From Ruminococcus sp. (GTDB taxonomy: Bacteria > Bacillota > Clostridia > Oscillospirales > Ruminococcaceae), in NCBI GenBank assembly GCA_017516465.1, contig JAFXCR010000011.1, forward strand, positions 2,553 through 66,552: 64,000 nucleotides of DNA, written 5' to 3'. A model generated the notes under the pieces. The model searched no databases. It saw nothing but the letters and a program-made list of their open reading frames with translations, and was not told the DNA's origin. A program made the translations under genes and the position numbers. Shown piece by piece: positions 57,946-64,000 of the stretch (its first letter is position 1; each line of letters begins with the position of its first letter).

Positions 57946-59316
57946 TCAGTTTGTTTCAGGAAGCTCAGGGATAAGCTTAAGGAGATATTTCTGAATTGCG
58001 AGGGCGTCAAGATTTGTAAGGCCGTCTCCGGGATTGCAGCAGTCTGCATTATTAAAGCCATTTTCAGTGATAGCAGAAGGATCAGAGCCACCCATGCCAT
58101 AGCTGTCGGGATTTCCAATTACCTGCATAATCATGATAGCGTCGGATAGTGCGATATTTCCGTCAGCGTTTGCGTCGCCGTATTTTACGTCAGGAGTATC
58201 CGTCGGCGGTTCGCCTTTCACCCATACAGCGGTGAGTGAGATACCAAGACCGGGCTTTGCTCCTTTGATCAGGAATTCATCGCCGGCTTTGTAAATTGTG
58301 GTAACAGTCTTGCCGTCAATTTTTTCACTAAATTTCCAGCCATCGAAATAATAACCGGATTTTGAAGCCTTCATTTCAGGACAGATTATAGTTGTATCAG
58401 TTTTTCCTTCAATCTTGTAGTTATCCTCAGAGTTTCCGGTACTGCTGTTGAATACCACAACATAATTGATCGGTTCCCATACTGCCGTGAAGGTTACATC
58501 CTGACTGGGCATCATGTAGGCTGAAAGGGGAGCGTATATTTTATCGTCTGCATCGCATTTCCAGCCAGTGTTTCTGAAACCGATTCGTGAAAATCTTCCT
58601 GCTTCCGCGAGATCTGTCTGCTGTTTTTCGATTCGGTCAAATATGCTTGATGTTGTACCCACGATACGGTCAACATCTCCGGGGGTATATGTGAGCTTGT
58701 AGAATTTTAGCCAGTTTGGAGTCAGAACGATATCGTGATCAGGCATGATAATATATTGCTGACCGAGATAAGTTGTTCCGTCATAGTTCCACCCGAGCTG
58801 AATATGCGTATTTTCAGGATGATCGAATGAGAACAGTGAAACCTCAACAAATGAGCCTTTTCGTTCGTCGACAGGCTGAATGGCAACTGGGAGATCATCA
58901 GGATCTTCAATGTGTTCGACTTCGTATTTAACGAGGTGATAATTCTTGTCGGTAGGATCAGTCCATACAGGACTCAGAGTAACATCTTCTTCACCGACCT
59001 GCATAATTGTGTTTGAAGGATAGCCTCTTACACCGTCAACAGTCCAGCCGGAAAAAACAAAGCCATCTTTTAAAAGGGTGCATTCCGGGATTTGAACTGA
59101 GTTGTTCGGATTGGAAACAATATCTGTAAGCTCAACGGTATTACCATCCTCATCTTTACTGATTGTGACACCTTCTTCACTTATGTCAAAGTGAACGGTT
59201 ATCTGTTTTACTTCAGCTTCACCGGATTCTGCAAAAGACAGAAATGCGGTTGCAGAAGATAATGAAATCATTGCAGAAAGGATTGATGCGGTAAATCGAT
59301 TGTATATTTTTTTCAT
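57946..59316 (-). CDS. Secreted protein: four InlB B-repeat (Flg_new-like) domains plus type I dockerin
   Basis: Signal peptide; repeats with F.GW and T(L/F)T(A/P)VW; YGDANADG...DA...ADC..PGDG.T.LDALAIQ dockerin. Confidence 0.88.
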   Translation of the reverse strand: MKKIYNRFTASILSAMISLSSATAFLSFAESGEAEVKQITVHFDISEEGVTISKDEDGNTVELTDIVSNPNNSVQIPECTLLKDGFVFSGWTVDGVRGYPSNTIMQVGEEDVTLSPVWTDPTDKNYHLVKYEVEHIEDPDDLPVAIQPVDERKGSFVEVSLFSFDHPENTHIQLGWNYDGTTYLGQQYIIMPDHDIVLTPNWLKFYKLTYTPGDVDRIVGTTSSIFDRIEKQQTDLAEAGRFSRIGFRNTGWKCDADDKIYAPLSAYMMPSQDVTFTAVWEPINYVVVFNSSTGNSEDNYKIEGKTDTTIICPEMKASKSGYYFDGWKFSEKIDGKTVTTIYKAGDEFLIKGAKPGLGISLTAVWVKGEPPTDTPDVKYGDANADGNIALSDAIMIMQVIGNPDSYGMGGSDPSAITENGFNNADCCNPGDGLTNLDALAIQKYLLKLIPELPETN

Positions 59317-59356
59317 AGTGGAACCTCCTTAAAAATAATTGTTGTTCATAAGTATT

Positions 59357-60700
59357 TTATTCATTGATTTCTGTTACGGGGAGTTTCTGGATAAGGTTCA
59401 GGCAGAGATTCTGAACTGCAAGAGCGTCAAGATTTGTAACTCCGTCTCCGGGGGAATAACAGTCAGCGTTTATCATTCCCTGTTTAGTAAGGGCAGAAGC
59501 GTCAGAACCGCCTTCTGCGTAAGCGTCCGGATTTCCTATGGACTGCATAATGAGAATAGCGTCGGAAAGAGTAACCTTACCGTCACAGTTTGCGTCACCG
59601 TAAACGGGGACAGAAGGAGTGGGTTCGTTGTCAGCGATCCATACGCCTTCAAGAGGAATTCCAAGGCCAGTAATTTCTCCGTAGACGAGGAATTCATCAC
59701 CGGGCTGGTATATTGTACCCTTGTAGTCCCAACCGCCGAACTTATAACCGGGCTTTTGCATATTGATATCGGGGCATATTACAGTGGTATCAGTTTTAGC
59801 GTCAATTTTTATGAAATAATCTTCAGCATGGAGCTCAGGACGGAAAACAAGAGTATATGTTTTAGGCTCCCAGACAGCTGTGAATACTACATCTTCATCG
59901 GGCATAAGGTAGGAATATTCTGGTAAATAAACCTTATCATCAACACTGCAATGCCATCCAGAGAGATAGAAGCCTATGCGAGATAATCTTGAAGATTCAG
60001 CAAGTTCAGTCTTTAAACCGGCAATCCTTTCGAGTACCTGACCTGTTACACCGACAATACGATCAACGTCGCCGGCACTGTATTCAAATTTGCAGTATTT
60101 ATGCCAGCTCGGTGTAAGCTCGATATCGTGTTCCGGCATAATTATTTTTTGTTGTCCGAGATAGGTTTTTCCATCGTATACCCAACCGATCTGAGTATAG
60201 CTGTGAGTAGGATGATAGAAAACATCAAGCGGAATTTCAACAAGTTCGCCGGGTTTTAATTCATAATCCGGAAGACGGCCTTCTTTGTCAAAGATTCCGA
60301 GCTCACATACAGCCTCGTAGTGGATATTGAATTTTCTTGAATCCGATTTTTTGCTCCATACTGGAGTAAGAGTTGCGTCAGTATCAGGGAACTGGATAAC
60401 AGATCCTGGAGAATATGCCTGTATGCCATCGAAGGTCCAGCCCATGAAAGTGTATCCTGATCTTTCAAGACCGACATCAGAAAGGTATCTTGATGTACCC
60501 GGAACACCGCTGAAATCCACGATATACTGAGGATTTCCGTACTGGTTATCCTCGACCTTAACGCCGTCTCCGCTGAGATCGAAATGGATAGTTACTTCTT
60601 CTGTTTCAGTTTTGGCAGAGACAGGCATACTGCCGAGTACACCGACAGCAAGAAGAGCGGAAGTGAAGGTTGCTGTTAATCTGTTGAATAGTTTTTTCAT
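59357..60700 (-). CDS. Paralogous secreted protein: four B-repeat domains plus type I dockerin
   Basis: Same architecture; shares DVDRIVG and YGDANCDG...DALAVQ with the neighbour. Confidence 0.88.
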   Translation of the reverse strand: MKKLFNRLTATFTSALLAVGVLGSMPVSAKTETEEVTIHFDLSGDGVKVEDNQYGNPQYIVDFSGVPGTSRYLSDVGLERSGYTFMGWTFDGIQAYSPGSVIQFPDTDATLTPVWSKKSDSRKFNIHYEAVCELGIFDKEGRLPDYELKPGELVEIPLDVFYHPTHSYTQIGWVYDGKTYLGQQKIIMPEHDIELTPSWHKYCKFEYSAGDVDRIVGVTGQVLERIAGLKTELAESSRLSRIGFYLSGWHCSVDDKVYLPEYSYLMPDEDVVFTAVWEPKTYTLVFRPELHAEDYFIKIDAKTDTTVICPDINMQKPGYKFGGWDYKGTIYQPGDEFLVYGEITGLGIPLEGVWIADNEPTPSVPVYGDANCDGKVTLSDAILIMQSIGNPDAYAEGGSDASALTKQGMINADCYSPGDGVTNLDALAVQNLCLNLIQKLPVTEINE

Positions 60701-60734
60701 TTTTTCCTCCGTAATTTTTCATGTTTTCTATTTT

Positions 60735-60765
60735 GCAATACCGCACAGAATCTGTGCGGTATTGC
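60735..60765. other. 31-bp perfect palindrome 35 bp upstream of the dockerin gene pair
   Basis: gcaataccgcacaga-a-tctgtgcggtattgc. Confidence 0.7.
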
Positions 60766-60791
60766 TTTAAAAAATCAGTCCCCCCACTGAT

Positions 60792-60968
60792 TTATTTAAA
60801 GCGTTTTAATTCTGGATCGTAGACATACCCGATTGACGAAAGCTTATCTGATATCTTATTTTTTTCTACACATAAGCTTTTGCAAAGATCGTCAAGATCC
60901 TGACCGGTATCTCTGAGCTGAGTATTGATAAAGCTAAGAAGAATAGCCGGATCGTTGGGAATATTCAT
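60792..60968 (-). CDS. DUF4250-family small protein
   Basis: IPNDPAILLSFINTQLRD...LDDLC...GYVYDPELKRFK; GGAGG RBS. Confidence 0.85.
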   Translation of the reverse strand: MNIPNDPAILLSFINTQLRDTGQDLDDLCKSLCVEKNKISDKLSSIGYVYDPELKRFK

Positions 60969-61220
60969 ATATAATGCAGTACCTCCTGACTGTTTATATA
61001 AACGAAGTAGTAAAGTTAATTCTATAAGATAAATATACAATAATTAACTGGCTTTGTCAATGAATTTTAAACAATATGAAATGTGACTTTTTTGTAAATA
61101 AAATAATTGGGTTATTAATGATATAAAATGTTAAAAAATGATTTTTTTGCTGGATTTCTGCGTGAATTCAGCCTTATGCAGGTCTTGTTTTGGGTAAGCT
61201 GCGGGGAGTATTTTATGGTG

Positions 61221-61268
61221 AAAAAAACAAGCGTATCTGTCTGGAATTTATTACAGATACGCTTGTTT
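61221..61268 (-). terminator. Intrinsic terminator
   Basis: 16-bp stem aaacaagcgtatctgt/acagatacgcttgttt plus T tract. Confidence 0.8.
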
Positions 61269-61279
61269 CAATGATTAAT

Positions 61280-61891
61280 TTATAAGTCAGTAATTTCTAA
61301 TGCTTCTGGAAATTCTATGCCTGACATTTCAGATGTCGATGTTCTCATTCTTCTTTCAAATTCTTTCTGGAAGGGATCTTTGATTTCATGTCTGATTTTA
61401 TTTACGCGCTGTTCCTCGTATCGAACATTAAAATATGGGAATCCGACCTGTTTTTCGAGAAAACGGAACTTATTGTTTGCGTTTAAATTAATGTACGCTA
61501 AGACGGCAGATATAATAAAAATAACTATACAAAACTTATACATAAGTTCGGTGACATTTGTTGATGGAGATCCATGATCATATGTCATATCAAGTGATGC
61601 ACCGTATTTCAAAACAAAAACGTTAAATATTGAAATTGCTGGTACAGCAATTGCGGCGAGATCGTGCTTGTGATATGCTCCTCTTAATCCGAGATAGCAG
61701 GTCAGAGGTGCAAAGATCAAGGCATCAATAAGGGAATAAATTGCAGAGTAGTTTACGCAAATTAGGAAAAGTCCTGATACGAGAAAATAAACCGCAAACA
61801 ATGCAATGTAGATTATAGGGATTATGTTAAAAATTTTATTGCACTTTCTGAGGGCTTCTGCATTTTTTGTAAAATTAGATGTATCTGACAT
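61280..61891 (-). CDS. Hypothetical membrane protein (about 4 TM helices)
   Basis: 203-aa ORF directly downstream of the symporter. Confidence 0.75.
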   Translation of the reverse strand: MSDTSNFTKNAEALRKCNKIFNIIPIIYIALFAVYFLVSGLFLICVNYSAIYSLIDALIFAPLTCYLGLRGAYHKHDLAAIAVPAISIFNVFVLKYGASLDMTYDHGSPSTNVTELMYKFCIVIFIISAVLAYINLNANNKFRFLEKQVGFPYFNVRYEEQRVNKIRHEIKDPFQKEFERRMRTSTSEMSGIEFPEALEITDL

Positions 61892-61893
61892 TT

Positions 61894-63315
61894 TTAATTA
61901 ACTCCTTTTTGTGATTTTATCTTGTTACAGTATTTTTTTGTTTCGGATGATATAACGCCTGAAAGTGCGAGAAGTGCAATTACGTTCGGAAGAGCCATGA
62001 GACCATTGAAGATATCAGCAATGTTCCATACAGCAGAAACTGCAAGGTATGGTCCGATGAACACTGCTGCGATGTACAGCCATTTGAATATTGCAGAGGC
62101 GGTCTTGTTTGAACCTGTGAGGTATGAGAGACAGCGTTCCGAGTAATAATTCCAGCCGAGAATGGTAGTGAATGCGAAGAACATCAGACATATCATAAGG
62201 AGAAAAGAGGAGAGTTTTTCCGGGAAGGGGAGACCATAACGGAATGCTGCATCAGTGATTTCAACACCTTCAAAGTCAGGGTTTGAGTCAACGCATCCGG
62301 AAATAACGATTGTCAGACCTGTCATTGTGCAGACAATAATCGTGTCAATAAAAGTTCCTGTCATTGTTACAAGTCCCTGACGTACAGGTTCTTTAGTTTT
62401 TGCGGCTGCAGCTGCGATAGGAGCAGAGCCGAGACCGGCTTCATTTGAGAAAATTCCTCTTGCAACGCCTTTCTGCATCGAAACCATCATTGCACCTAAT
62501 GCACCGCCTGCTGCGGCTTTTAAGCCGAATGCACTCTTGAAAATTTCTGCAAAAGCGGCGGGAACATCATTGATGTGTGTGAAAATAATTATCAGACAGC
62601 AAGAAACGTAGATCACGACCATAACCGGTATTACTACTTCTGAAACAGAAGCGATTCGTTTGATTCCGCCGATAATGATAAGACCGGCAAGTACGGTGAT
62701 GATAAGTCCTGATATGATCTGAGCATATGTATAGTTTGTACCGAAAAGCTCTATGGTATGCGTTTTCTCGGGATCAAAAAACTGATTTGTGGCAGATGTT
62801 ATACTGTTTACCTGAGCGAATGTTCCGATTCCGAGCAGACCAACGACGACGCCGAAGGCTGCAAAAACAGCAGCGAGCCATTTCCATTTTTGGCCCAGGC
62901 CGTTCTCTATATAATAGAAAGGACCGCCGAGAATTTTTCCGTCAGCCGATTTTACACGGTACTTTACAGCAAGAAGGCCTTCGGCGTATTTTGTAGCCAT
63001 ACCGAACAGAGCTGCGATTTCCATCCAGAACAGAGCTCCTGGACCTCCGGCAGCTATGGCCGTTGCTACACCTACGATATTTCCGGTTCCTATGGTTGCG
63101 GAGAGTGCGGTACAAAGAGCAGCAAAGCTTGATATTTCGCCGGTGCAGTCTTTTTCATCCTTGAACATATATTTTAGAGCGAGACCGAGCTTACGGAATT
63201 GTATTCCTCCAACTCGTATTGTGAGGAAGATTCCACAGCCGAGAATGAGTAATATCAGAGGGACGCCCCAGACAATATTATCAATTTTTTCCGTTATTTT
63301 GTTGAACGTTTCCAT
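61894..63315 (-). CDS. Alanine/glycine:cation symporter (AGCS family)
   Basis: IGTGNIVGVATAI..GGPGALFWM, GGPFYY, RGIFSNEAGLGSAPIA. Confidence 0.95.
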   Translation of the reverse strand: METFNKITEKIDNIVWGVPLILLILGCGIFLTIRVGGIQFRKLGLALKYMFKDEKDCTGEISSFAALCTALSATIGTGNIVGVATAIAAGGPGALFWMEIAALFGMATKYAEGLLAVKYRVKSADGKILGGPFYYIENGLGQKWKWLAAVFAAFGVVVGLLGIGTFAQVNSITSATNQFFDPEKTHTIELFGTNYTYAQIISGLIITVLAGLIIIGGIKRIASVSEVVIPVMVVIYVSCCLIIIFTHINDVPAAFAEIFKSAFGLKAAAGGALGAMMVSMQKGVARGIFSNEAGLGSAPIAAAAAKTKEPVRQGLVTMTGTFIDTIIVCTMTGLTIVISGCVDSNPDFEGVEITDAAFRYGLPFPEKLSSFLLMICLMFFAFTTILGWNYYSERCLSYLTGSNKTASAIFKWLYIAAVFIGPYLAVSAVWNIADIFNGLMALPNVIALLALSGVISSETKKYCNKIKSQKGVN

Positions 63316-63607
63316 AATTTTCAACTCCGTTATATTTTTGTCAATTTAGTATTATATCACATTTTGGATAGAAATGCAAGAATTTTTTTATAATAAACGA
63401 ATCAAAATATCAACAATTTGATGATAATTGATAAAGTGATACCTGTGACGATCAGTGGTGCAGTCCGAAAATGACGAAAAAAGTTATATTCAGGCGATTA
63501 ATAAGCTTGATTTTTATTCAAATTGCAAAAATGTTAGTATTATATAACAGTTGAAATGTACAAATTCGATATAAAAATATATCGAAATTAGTTAGAAATG
63601 ATAATAG

Positions 63608-64000
<393 letters not shown>

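Overview
64 kb of chromosome from a low-GC cellulolytic Firmicute, most likely Ruminococcus flavefaciens or a close relative (inferred from the style of two type-I dockerins). Most of it is core genes: minD-mgsA, hisS-aspS, a long minus-strand envelope run (yfhO-like, nudF, murC, lexA, zapA, U32, dut, mreBCD, pbp2, spoIIQ-like M23), PBP1A-rlmL-like-rmuC, spoIIE, the glgBCDA operon plus a second glgB, an aquaporin, two dockerin proteins, an alanine symporter and the start of a HydC/NuoE-type subunit. I found no integrase, transposase, CRISPR array or prophage. The most unusual part lies between tRNA-Arg(CCT) and rmuC (24.9-27.8 kb). There, two ~650-bp direct repeats each carry the last 11 codons of rmuC, a sigma-A promoter, a ~228-nt structured leader ending in a terminator just before the RBS, and a lipoprotein N-terminus, and each is fused to an unrelated C-terminal payload. 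Several apparent pseudo-enzymes also stand out: a stand-alone NrdD-type glycyl-radical domain with Gly replaced by Asp, MgsA lacking its catalytic residues, an M15 peptidase lacking Zn ligands, and a TIR-less member of a TIR/TPR family. Family assignments and consensus comparisons come from recalled motifs, not database searches.
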